Positions 38,589-51,600 of a stretch of DNA of 64,000 bases are shown in pieces. The DNA is taken from positions 372,001 through 436,000 of the forward strand of contig NW_025765148.1 in NCBI RefSeq assembly GCF_003918875.1. The letters are read 5' to 3'. Under the pieces are notes generated by a model. It had not been told where the DNA came from, made no database searches, and was given only the letters and a program-made list of their open reading frames with translations. The translations under genes and the position numbers were made by a program. Position 1 is the first letter of the stretch. The number at the start of each line of letters is the position of its first letter. The stretch is from Haliotis rubra (Eukaryota).

Positions 38589-41500
38589 GTCATGTTATTT
38601 GTAGGGTGTTGGTTTACATGCTTCTACTGGATGGTCATCGTCTGTATTTCCTGTTTCCTGATAATGTGGCGGGTAGGTATGAATGCTGGCATATGGAACC
38701 CTGATGCCGAAATTCATGTGATTAAATAAATAATGAGACAAAGTCCAAGTTGATTTTACTTTCCGATTCGAAATTCTAGTGACTTCTTTAACGTGTTCAG
38801 TTTCATCACTTGTGTGGCTGATAGATAACTTATCTGTAGTGTTGCATAATGACGTTCAGTTGCTTTGGTTTTACTCCATTAAATTGCATGTTCAAAATGC
38901 CAGTGAATTCCTGTAATCAACTGCAAGTGAACAATTGCATAATAATTTGATAGAAATTGACCAGAAATGTAAGTTATGAATGGCTTGGAATAAGCTGCAA
39001 CGGTATATGTGTGCTGTCGTGTATGGTTTAGGCAGAAATATCAGCAGTTATGAGATCATCCTGTTCCCTGTTTAATTGATTTCACTTTGATCTGTGCAAA
39101 TGATTAAAACATAACATAAAAGATGTATGTACTGTATGTGTGTTTGCAATATTCAGATTGATTTTTAGTTTGTCAAACATCCAACCAGACTAACTGAAGA
39201 ATACCAATGCCATTGTTTTCTAGTCAAACATTTACTTCATTCACTGACATGTGCTAACTAAGAAAGTGTAATCCCAAATATAACATATGTTATAACAAGC
39301 CTGTAACAAGATTGTGTTTTGAATCAGTTATATGGTAACTGGAATAACCACCACACTATATATCTCTGTGGTTCTGGAAGATGCATTCCTTCCGTTTTCT
39401 CTCTGATCTCACTACAATAAGACTTAAGCTCTTGCTAACCCTTTGGTTTACTGGAGAGAGAACTAACTTCTGGTTTTAAACGAGATTCGTTTGTTGATGC
39501 TATTCGAAGTGTTGTTACAGAAAAGTTGAAAAGTTGTTCACTCACTCACTTGTACTATCACTGCTCCCTTCCAGTGTGGCACTGTTGTCATCTTTACATT
39601 TCTGTCTCCTTCCATCACTGTAACAATTATAATATGTCCTGTTTGGGGGTACTGGTAACCATGAGTGTTTAGTACATGGTTGGTGCTAGAACTACATACC
39701 ACACTGACACAGCTATATCCTGTATGTGTCATGTGGTCATTGTAGAATCACTTTGTTGGCTTTAAAAACACCTTATATTTAGAAATTGTGTATTGCCTAA
39801 ATCTTCATAAATGATATAAGGCTTGATTTGTTGCCGATATGTTCATTGCACCCAGTCCTTTCATTAAACACACACAAGGCAAAGTGATTCATTTGTTCTC
39901 ACTAGTAATACATTGCTTGGTTGAATGAGAATGTAATTGGTGCACGCTTAGATTTTTGTCTTTCATATATTCATATTGTCAGTTACTTGATATAACTGCA
40001 TGTTGATTTAGGTGTTATTTGAAAGGATGACCTACTAGCTTCCACTGTAATGCACTGAATATTATCTGTTGCCAGAAAATAGCATCTTAGACCAGTTCCA
40101 GGTTTTATCTGATTGTATGGCTGTGTAGGGAATATTCACCTAGCTTTCATATATTTACTTTGCTTATGGACTTCAGAAATTATGTTTGTGTACATTTTAT
40201 CTTTGTTGACATTATATAGTTTTTAGTTGCAATACCTTTAGTGAGTCTGTGATAAGGTATTAAAGTTTTATTATAATTCCGATTTGTTTGAGTTTTATTT
40301 AATGTCTTACTGTATGAGATGATCTCCGAGAACAGTCTTGTCTTGTTAGGAAGGAGTCTTTGAATTGCCAATGGTATCGCCTGAGATAAATTCAATTCTT
40401 AGCATTGTCTGAGATACATTCATGCTTTGAAAAGTTTCGACAAATGCAACAAGGCGAATTAAACATATTACTGAGTGTTTGCGACCCATGAAGGTGCGGG
40501 TTAGAATTGATCTTCAGTAGCCCATGCTTGTCGTAAGTGGCGACTATGGTCCGTTTGGCTCAAAATAGGACCGATGAATTGCTATCTAACTCAACAACCA
40601 GTAAACATATAATACTCAAGCGTTCCTTTAATATTTTCCACTTAACATCACGAGCTTTGAATAGCGCTGTGAGGATGAATACTGGAAAATAATAAAGGAA
40701 CGCTTAAATTTTCCTGTGATCCTTTATTTGTTTCTCTCAGTATATATCAGGGCATTTACCAGTGACCACATGTGTATTACTGTCAAATCTAATATATAAG
40801 AGTGTTGACTATTTGCTTGTCTTTCTTGGATATAATCCAGTTTAAGTATCTTGTCTGATCATAGTCCAAACATCATACCAACTCTGTGATATTTTTGCAG
40901 AATTTATGTCCTAAAAATAAAAAAAACTGTTTAACAAACTATCATTAACATTTTGACACAGTTCACGATTTGTTACGAGGGAGGGTTGTAAAGAAAGGAA
41001 CAGCCAGGTGTGCGAGAAAGGATGGAGACAGCACAGGTAAATGATTCAATAACTTCGTCGGCACCTGTGCACGTGCTCCAAGTACATCTGACTGTTCCTC
41101 TCTTTGCAGTCCTCCTTGCTGGATATTGCCCTGATTCTCATATTGCGATATATTGCAATAATTTAAGAGATATTGCAATATATATTATGATATATTGAGT
41201 GGAGGGTTTCTGCCCAAGTGCGTACATAATAAATCCATAATAGCTCTGTGTGTGTCGTGTTTGTGCGACATTATCTTCTTAGTTGCTGTTACACCATACT
41301 TTCAGGGTCCCAGTCCTCATTGTGTATGACTGTATGCCAATGGTTTACAGATAAATGAAATGATATAGAAACTTAATGTGGAATGTTTAATTGAGGTATT
41401 GCAACAAAGGTTTGAGAACATAATGATATAAAGTATAGAAAAAGTATAACATAAAGAGAGAGAGGGGGGGAAGAATTGATTTTGTACATGACATGAGGGG

Positions 41501-42318
41501 GGTGGTTTGGGGGGGCATTCACATTGTACATGCTTCTTCATAAAAGTCATCATCACCCCTGAGCCATAAATTATGAGCGGTCCCTTAATTCCTCCCAAAT
41601 GTCACAAATGAAACCATTCAAACCCACAAAACGTAACGCATTTGCTAGAATATTTGGCACTTTTGGAGCCACTTATAAAGATACTCCAACTTGTTACATG
41701 AAACCAACAGAAATAAAAGTATATTTGGCACTTTAAGATCACATTTTTAGCTTGGAAATCAGGGGCAGATGATACAAAGGGAGCTAACTCTGGATGACCC
41801 AATCTGCAGAATCTGAACCATATCGCGATAATCGTATCGCGAGATACTGCACCGGTATATACCGGTTTATCGGTAATATTGCACAGCCCTACCATCTATA
41901 TTATTCTTCAATTTCCGGTGAACGAACGAGTCGGGTTTTACCCCGTTTTATACAATGTCCACTACAAAAATGTACCCATGGCGAACCACAGGTTTCAGTG
42001 TAATCTGTTGACGCACTATAGGCTTCTCTACCGTCGACATCAACATAAACAAAGAAGGAAGATTTGGCGGGGCAGACCACTGACATCTCAATATACCTGT
42101 AGTTTATTGCACGGAAATATTTAAAAACATAATGAAATATGTATTATTATACGGTCATACACCCATAGATCGATAAGATACGGAAATATATATTTCCTTC
42201 ACAATCTTTGAACTACAATTGTTCTATCATGATCGGTGGACTTTCGGATCAACCTCAACGAAACTGGTTGTATCTGAGTGCCGATTGGCCGTTGCTGTCT
42301 GTCAAGGTCAGTGATTGG

Positions 42319-45300
42319 TCAGTCATCTGGCTGAACATCCACACTCCGCAATCCGAGCTCCTCGCTGCTTAAAATGGCGATGCCCCGTAACTTGGACACT
42401 TCCTCTGGGGTCAAGTCACGAACTTTCAACTCCAGGTGTTCCAATACTGAAAAAATGGAAACGAAGAGTTGTTCCGACGTCTGTGACGAGTGGAATACTA
42501 TAAAGAAAAATGATCATTCACATGCAATTCTCAAGTGAGTGGATACGGTTTTGCGCGGCTTTTAGCAATATTCCAGCAATATCACAGCATGGGACACCTG
42601 AAATGGGCTTCACACAGTGTACCCACGTTGGGTGTCGAACCCATGTATTTGGCGTGACGGTTGAACACTTTAGCCACTAGACTACCCCCATCGACACCAT
42701 CGTGTAAGTATGGAGCTGGATTGTACATATTTAGTCTATGCGACTTGTCATCAGTAAACATGTCCCTTGCTTCATCATTAGACAGGATCAGTATCCAAAC
42801 ATGATAAGAGGCAAGTAAGTGCCTTGACACCAAAAAGTACCCAAAATATAATGACAATCCCGTCCCAATACCGCGAGGTTATTCGAGGATATGCCAATTG
42901 CAGGTTACCGAAAGGGGCGAATTTAGACGAAATAAATGGTAAACTTCAACAAGTTTAGAGACCGTTTCTACATGTTTGCATTTTGAAACACCACGTAGAA
43001 GAGGAAGATATATGTCTCGGATACTGACAATTACTTTTCATATCCGTATTGAGGGCGGTGGGGTAGTCTAGTGGTTAAAGCGTTGTCTTGTCACGCCGAA
43101 GACCCGGGTTCGAATCCCCACATGGGTACAATGAGTGAAGCCCATTTCTGGTGTCCTCCGCCGTGATATTGCTGGAATAATGCTAAAAGCGGCGTAAAAA
43201 CAAAACTCAGTCAGTCATATCCGTATTGATCACAGGGACTGCTTTCTGTCTACGATTCACGACGTTGTACTATATATAGATGATGAATGTAGAGCAATTC
43301 ATTTCTAACGCCATTTTGTAGTGGTCACGTGACCGAGTGGAACGCTGTAATTCCTGGCGATACATGAGATGTACTGAAGCAGCCTCCATTACACTTTCAA
43401 ATCTGGCAACACTTGTTTTGAAAACCAGAGATTCCAAGCATTCCAACGATTCCAAATACATCATGCTGTACTTCCGGTAGACATTTTTCAATTTATGATT
43501 GATCTTAAAATTACCTTCAAGAACCCTACCAGATAAATGCAACAAGATAATACAGTTTGAAACATTGTTAAAAGTTTCTAGTTTCCATTATTTAATGCAT
43601 TGGAATGCATCGTGGGTGTGGAAAGAATATTTAACGGATGTTTAATATGTTGAAAAAAATGAAATTTAATTAAAAGGTTGTGCTTCCAGTGAGAAAATGG
43701 TGCCGAGGTTTCCTGCATTTTACGACAGTGTTTCGAAATAGCTGAGAGGGCTCCGGTTTACGGACGTCATAAAGTTGTGTGAATTCAGTTCAGCTTTTTA
43801 TAATTATATGTCGACAATAGCATTGATTATAACCTTGGAATTTTTAAACATCGTTCTCTGATTTGTGCTTGTGTACCTCTAGGTCTTTTCTTCTTTAGGG
43901 TTGCACAAATCTTTTCAACCGTGTCGATCCTAATGGCGGTGTTGATGCACACGTCCTTCAACTTCGTGCACCTGTCGAGCAGCATGACGAGCGCAGAGTC
44001 GATTGGTTCGTCACTCAGGTGATCAAAAGCGAGTCGGAAGTTCACTGAAAGAGACATACGAATACTATTTGTTGAACAACACCACATTCCAATCATAAAC
44101 GACGACCTGTAATGTGTCCAGTACAAACCAGTGAAGGATATCATGAGCAACGTACGCCGTCGGGGTACGATGACACAGCATCATATATGTAATGAGTGAG
44201 TGAGTTTAGTTTTACGCCGCTTTTAGCAATATCCCGACGGGGGACAACAGAAATGGGCTGCACATTGTACTCATGTGGAGAATCAAGCCCGGGTCTTCGG
44301 TTCGGCGTGACGAGTGAACGCTTTAACCACTAGGCTACCCCCGGCCCTATATATGTTACAGTCCATCTGACCAATTTGGTTGAGTATTACGACCAGTATT
44401 AATACTGGAAGCATGCTCTCACCGAACATCCCCAATGGGGCGCTGAACTATTGAAACTTCCCGCTAAGCCCTCATTATAACGGCAGCACGTGTTTCCTCG
44501 TATTACATTGGAGCGGTGGGTAGTCTTGGAGTTAAAGCGTTCGCTCGTCACGCCGAAGACCCGGGTTCGATTCCCTTCATTGGTACAATGTTTGAAGTCA
44601 ATTTCTGGTGTCCTCGCAGTGGTGTTGCTGAAATATTGCTAAAAGCGGAGTAAAACTAACCTCACTCACTCATTCCTCGTGCTATAAATCGGACGCTTCA
44701 CTTGAACAGTTAACAGATGCCTTTATCGTAAGAAACAAGCCATCAGTCGAGTATTTACCATGCCCGAGTGACGCAACATACGTGATGATAGCGCGAGTAC
44801 ACGCTACCTTCAGACAACACAATCCGACGATACCTCATCCTCCACACTTACTGTCATCCGCGCTAAGGTGCTAAACCGAAGATCGTGGATAGTTATTATT
44901 TCCGTTGTCAACAAAACTGTGGACTAGTATCATTTACAAACAATAAACTGGGAGACGGTATTAAACCTTAGGAGGCACTGCGCGATCTGATTGAATATTT
45001 CTGGAATGATTCAGTATACTCAAACGCCTTGATGTGATTTGTGAGGCTAATCCAATTACTTGTACAGTCCGTTTGAGTCAGAAACGGACCGATGACTTGC
45101 AAATTTTATCATTGTACAAAATTGTTAGAGAAGCACGTGCACAAGTGCCCACCAAGTTATTGATTCATTAGCCCGTGCTGTGCCGTCTCCATCCTTTCTC
45201 GCACACCTGGCTGTCCGTTTCTCTGCATTCCTCCCTCGTAACAAATAGTGAACTGTGTCAAAATTTTAATGATAGTTTCTTAAAGAACTTTTTAGGTGGA

Positions 45301-46938
45301 GTCCGGAAAATTTCAAATATAAGAAAGCTGTTGGGTATAAGTAAATGATAAACATGTGTACTATTTATATTTATGTGGCAATTTTGTACAATGATAAAAT
45401 TTGCAATTCATCGGTCCGTTTCTGACTCAAACGGACTGTAGCTGTCTGAACAAATGGGCTGTTTGCATTCTACTTCTGCTGAGTTGTTGAAGTGGAACCG
45501 TCTTCGATCTTGATGAGCATGGCGATTTGTCATAATACAATACAGGAAAATACATTTATAACGATAAAATGTGGTTGCCGCACACTTACTATTTCTATTG
45601 ATGGCCATTTAACATGTTACTGTATTGCCTTGATTTTTAATTTTATTTAGTCATTATATATCCCAAATGCAAGCGGGTATCATTCCTGCTGATTTTGAAT
45701 CAAATTACCCATATTAAACATAGTTACGCCATCGCGCTCTGCTATATTAGGAGCATTAACAAAAACAGAAAATAAAGATATGGTATTCTGCTTGGGTACT
45801 TATGTATGAGGTGCAAATGAGGTTGGTATATACCTAGTTGGGCTGAGTAAGTCGAGATGATGTGGGCGAGGACGGCTGACATGTCCTCAGAGGTGGGGTC
45901 CCGGTCACTCGGGTAGCGATCCCAGCTGAGGATGTCGACCTCATGTATCGGGACACTCCGGACAAACACCCTTCTGTAATCTTCAATCGACAGCTTCCCT
46001 AGAAAATGAAACACAACCTTCGCATGAGGACAACCGTCACTAAAATCACGCCACGAATATGCCGAGATGCTATGATTGCAAGGTTCACTCGAGTCCACAA
46101 CGATCCGTAGATACTGGAGGCTTGTTCTGCTGTGAGATCGCAAAACCTGAAGAACGTGCTCATCAACGTACAGGTAGTTGAGGTAGAGCTGGCGGAGGCT
46201 GGTGAAGCGAGCCAGATTGTCCCGGAAGCGGTTGTCTTGGAATGCTGGGTAACGTAGCTCGAAAAAGTCCTTGATGTGAAGATAGCTGATAGTTTTCCTG
46301 GCAGGACTTTGCGCTGCGGAAGCGAGGCACCTCATCCCTTCTGCTGACGTCATGTGAGCTCCAGAGAGGTCAAGCTTTCGTAAGTTTCTCTGTTTTCTAA
46401 GGAATTTAGTCAACGCGTCTATAAGTTTTCCCCTTGACAGATCGAAAAACCTCCAGCTGTGGTAGCAGTCGAGATATACAACTTTGAAATAAGTGACTCT
46501 CATATTGGGGATTTTTATGGTATGGCCCAGAAAAGTTGCTACAGCTTCTGCGATGGGTCTGGCCGTGTGAAGAACTGGATGTCCGCATTCCAGGACCATA
46601 CGTCTGAGATGAGGACCAACATGGGTAATAAATTCACATGCTTTCTTCGTATGCTCCGTGGCTCTCATACCAACGAACATGAAGTGACGCTCCCTCCAGA
46701 GGGTTGGCGTCCGGAAGATAATGTTCCAATGTTTGCACACCGAGGACATCGAGGCTCTGTCACTGTCTTCAAGGTAGCTGTACACAAGAATGAGGGCCTC
46801 GTCTGGCAGTTTGTTCCACCACGAGTCTGACTTGTAAGCAGACAGACTTTTGCTCTTGCTTCTGGTCAATACTGTGTATGTAGAACTTGACGATTTCACC
46901 GCTTTGGATTGATTATCCGAACTACTGGAGGACGCCAT
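42319..46938 (-). CDS. F-box protein with LRR-like C-terminus (FBXO39/FBXO33-like), 466 aa, 3 exons
   Basis: Exons 46938-45834, 44044-43877 and 42446-42319; both introns phase 1, total 1401 nt. F-box motif WNKLPDEALILVYSYLEDSDRASMSSVCKHWN...LW; LRR-like LRKLDLSG, LRQLYLNY, LQYLRI, LEHLELKV. Confidence 0.85.
43053..43214 (+). mobile_element. SINE family B with 15-bp TSD, in intron 2 of the F-box gene
   Basis: TSD TCATATCCGTATTGA at 43038-43052 and 43215-43229. Confidence 0.9.
45065..45438. mobile_element. Tc1/mariner-type MITE with TA TSD; a related partial copy lies at about 40548-41080
   Basis: About 58-bp TIRs cagtccgtttgagtcagaaacggaccgatga...; TA at 45063-45064 and 45439-45440. Confidence 0.85.
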
Positions 46939-46960
46939 TGTTGCATTCTTTCAGTTGTTG

Positions 46961-47030
46961 TGACGTCGTCGCAAACATTTGGAATTGTGACGTCAAAGAA
47001 TGCAATGACGTCACACATGACATGACGTCA
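46961..47030. promoter_or_regulatory. Cluster of CRE (TGACGTCA) sites upstream of the F-box gene
   Basis: Perfect TGACGTCA at 46988, 47006 and 47023; 7/8 match at 46961. Confidence 0.55.
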
Positions 47031-48624
47031 AACTGTGCTATCGGAGCAGTGCGAATTTATGCTCCAAACGCAATATGCCAAATTATCATGTTAGGTAGTT
47101 TCTTTAAAAAAGCGACATGTTAAGCATTTGTAAGTCCATAATGTCAGTCAAACATGAATTTAAACAGAATCTACATCATCCTGAAAATATTTCGTGATGA
47201 TTATACATATGGATCTAAACCAAGAACACTTACGCTCGTTTGTACCTATGGCGGACAAGTAGGTTTGTTAGTCCTACCTTATTTTCACATACAAAGAAAG
47301 ACAGTCATTTACAATCTGTAGGAATTGAACAGAAAGCCATGAAGGATACGATAATATTGCAAGATTTATAGGTTAGGAAATGGCGTGTAGGACCTTCTAT
47401 TTGTTATACATTACAACATGCCTTTCATTTTCATTCTATGATTTTTCTCGAGTTTCTTCCCAGAAACATTTTGCTCACATGTACGGAACTACATGTATTG
47501 TTAAAAGAAGGATATTTCCTCTTAAGAAATTACCAGTGGCAGGTAATACCTAATGTGTCGAAAGAACATATTTAAGAGGGTTTTATTTTTAAAGATATTA
47601 TAGCAACCCAAAGTTATTGACGCAAGTGTCGCGATACCTATGCTCAATCCTAGACACTGTAATGTAATTGTTGGAGCCATTATACCTAATCCTAAACGCT
47701 GTAATATACATTTTTGAACGAAAATACTTAATCCTAATTGTTGTCATACAAGGGTTGGGACCATTATAGGCAATACTTGACACTGTCATTGACATGTTTA
47801 GTCAATACAAGGCACTGGTGTTTGGAATAGTATGATTAATCCCAGACACTGTCATACATGCTAAATCTTAATCGCCGTCACAGTGGAGGGTGTCATGCTT
47901 GTATTCTGTCACATCACCATTCCATAACGCCATCAGGGCGTGGTTCTAGTGCTTAACCCCTTTCTCGTCAACATGGGCCCAGTCCTCTTGTCTTCCTTGT
48001 GATATTGTCGAAATAATGTGGATACAGCACATTCCCCTCACTGACACAAGTCGACTGCCTTCACTACAGCCCCATAATGCACTCCGGGATGAGTTTGGTT
48101 TCTCTGTGTTCCGTTGCTGTTCAGTAAGTAATGGTGGAACCACGGGAATTGAGTCTGCCTCTAACCGGTGTAGAACAGTATTAGAACAATATACTCTCAT
48201 GAAGTACAATTAAATGCAAATAGAAACCGCTTTTGATGTAAGACCATATTTATTTGTCTTTTTAAGAGACTGCCCGGCAGAATGCCAAATGTGTGACGTA
48301 TGTTTTTTGTGGGCGATTTTATATTGTGAGTTTATTTCAAGCAGCTGGGAAAAGGTATTTTGTCCCTTCTTGTTTCGGGAGATATGTGTAACAAAGACAG
48401 TTGTATACATGTATCTCTAATACATGATCTGGTTGTATGAATACAAAAATATATAAACAATACCAATTTGTTATACCAATTTTCTTAGAAAAATATTATT
48501 CAAAAGAATGTTTCGACGAATGTATAATCAAACAGTTCAAATTTTACCACAGACGGGACAGATCAGCAAGGTTTTTTTGAGATACACTCATTAGTTCATG
48601 TACATTCCGTATGTTCTATCGACA

Positions 48625-51600
48625 TCAACTGGTTACGAGCATCTCTCGCTCGAGTTTCTTTGCCAGATCTCGTTTCCGAATATCTTTGAGAGCTCTCACG
48701 AGATTTGGAACTGTTGCGTCATGGCTGAGACGTCGCCATCGCTCGAGACTCTTCAACACCGTGTCGCGCAGACTCAAGTCGTTCCGCTGGGAAGACAGAT
48801 CCAGTACTGTAAAGAAATATACAACATAAACAGTAATAGTGATTGAGTTGATTTTTATGCTGCTTTTGGCTATATTCCCGCAATATCACGGCAGGCAACA
48901 CCATAAGTAAGCTTCACAAAATTTGACCCACGTATATAACTGAACCCGGGGTTTTGGCGTTACGAGCGATCACATCATTCACTACCCCGCCATAGGATAA
49001 GGTAGGAGATGGTCTTTACAAGGCATTCACAACTATGTCAAAGTCTGAATCTAGCGTAGACAGAAGAGTGGATGTTCCAGCTACATCTCAATGGCATGTA
49101 CATAGTTCAGGGCGAGACAAACCAGTCGGTAATATTATGAATAAGATCGAGGGGTCGATTCTGTTCTTACGAGTTCGTGAGTAGATGGTGATTGTGATGA
49201 TGTTTAACATGTGGTTGGATGATGCGGAAGGGAGGTATAATCCACACTCACATAGCAAATGTTTTCTGGCCTTGTTTCTGAGACACGGAATGTAATTACA
49301 AACGTAGTAAGTCCATGCAGACCTACTCAGACTGAACGTCACAAGTAAAGAATGTGTAGAGTGAGTGAGTACGTATTACCCCGCTTTCAGCAATATTCCA
49401 GCAATATCATGTCGGAGGACAAAATAGGCTTTACACATTGTACCCATGTGGGGAATCGAACCCGGATCATCAGCGTGACGGGCGAACGCTTAGGCACTAG
49501 ACTACCCAACCACCTTCCGAGTATCTGTAGAACAACTAGTTGTAAACGTATATAGTTACGTATTACTTACGCTCAATGTCGTGAGACCGCGTCACGGCGT
49601 CCCTGATTGGACTGAAAGACAGTCTCTGGTAGAGATACGCCCAGTCACGCCCCACATCCGGGGCCACGATCCGGAAGGCGGTCAACAGGCGGTCTGGAAC
49701 ACAGTTTACGTACACTTCAACTGTACTTTCTAATCAACTATAAGTTATGGCTAGGTGGAATCATTATTCAGTCCCCCCATTATTTGGTTCCCACTTTTAG
49801 ATGTTTTTATGACATTGTGTTCAGTGAAGCCACTTTTCCAGTCAATAGTAGTAAGTTAACGAGATTTGTTAAAAACACAGAAGAAATTTTTGTCTGTTAA
49901 TAACTTGTCACGTTTCTCGATAAAATAAATATATTCTTTAACAAGACAAGCCAAATATCTTTTATGTTCGATGTGTATCCAGGCGACGAAGTGCCAATAC
50001 TTAACATTGTCACTAAAAACGGATCGTCACTCTCGCTTCTGCGGAACAAGGACCTGTGGACATTCCATTACAGGACACGTCAGACCGACCTTTCAACCGT
50101 CCAGTCAAAGAGGTGCTGATCAGACCAAGAAAGTGAGAGAACTGGCTTGTTTATCATGCATCCTCAACTTTACATAGGGTTTTCCGAACAACAGGTATAC
50201 ATACTGTAGGAATAATTCCTTTTAAACCATCTCTCGCATTAATGGGATAATGTTTCAACGGAAGAGACGTTTTGCATAGTCACTTGGAATTACTATCATA
50301 CACCTTGAGACATTATTAAACAGTCCTAATTGTGCTTTTGTTCAGTTTTCAAATTTGGAATCGAGAACTTTGTCAGAATGTTGTTCAAGGCATAGTCTGG
50401 AATTAAGTCACCAAGTTGAAACTAAAGCTAAAGAAAGCTTTTCTGACTGGTTAAAGGTCACATGCAACGTAAAACACAACTTTGCAGATTCTGATACCTT
50501 TCGGTATGGACTTAACGAAACAAATCATCAAAAATGTAAATTCAACTTATAAAGTTGAAAAATAACGCGATGAAGCAAGCCGCGCGAAATCGGAGTTCAA
50601 ACGATTCACTAATTGTCCCCCAGCGCTTGGGGGGAAAATGGTTTTAACAGCTGGGCTCCGCTCATAGCACATGCGCAGTGAAATAGGTTCGCGCAGCTTG
50701 GAAGCGGGTTGTCGGGTGAAGGCTTTGGTGTGAGCTATTTTCTAATGTTTTGTTGATATCTCACAGGCGCGAGCTTTTTATATGTTATTACAGTAGATTA
50801 CCGATTTAACTGTTTATATAATTTCATTTGTCTATTTCACCACACGTTCTTACCGAGTCACTTTCTCAGTTCGATACTTAAAAGCAATGCCATTATTTAG
50901 CGTTGACAGAATTTCTAACTGTGATATAGATATGTCGTTGTCACAGACAAAACTCAATGTCTGTTTTATTGACACCTATGTGTCTGCCTGCCTGTCTGCT
51001 AATGACAATATTCAATACACAACTTCGATCACTGACCACATGCAATTTGAACTTAACACCTATCAGGCTATACACCATAAACAAAACACATTGATTTATG
51101 GCCCGAGTTCCGTCTCTGTCACAATATGTAATTACACAGACACGCAGGTTTGATACTTGTACACATGACACGTGGGTAATAAATGTCTTTATTGCCGTGT
51201 CAACGTATGGGTAGTTGCATATTAATCTCGTACGTCACACGAGTGTCGTATCGCGTTGACCTGTGTCGTAACGACTTGACCTGAAATTCTAACGATTTGA
51301 TTGGATAACCGATGACCTCTCAATTAGGTCACATTCTGACGTAACTATTTTTTCATTCATAACAAACACGTGAATTCATTCATTCTACAACTTAAATGCA
51401 TTGTGGGAATGTAAACATTGCGAACGTTGCCGTGTCGCTGTTTAATTGTGAGTCGAACTGAGACATTATATCAGTCGAAAAACATAAACGCAATGTTTCC
51501 ACCAGTGATGTTAGCCGAATGAAGCAACTGGAAACCAAGAAACGAGGTGCGACGGAGTAGTTTACTGTAGGAGGCTGTACGAGGCGATGACAACTGACAT

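Noticed and set aside
43270-43545. 91-aa ORF as the last exon of the F-box gene
   Set aside because: The nearest acceptor in the required phase hits a stop after about 11 codons; 42446-42319 has a better acceptor and LRR-like sequence.
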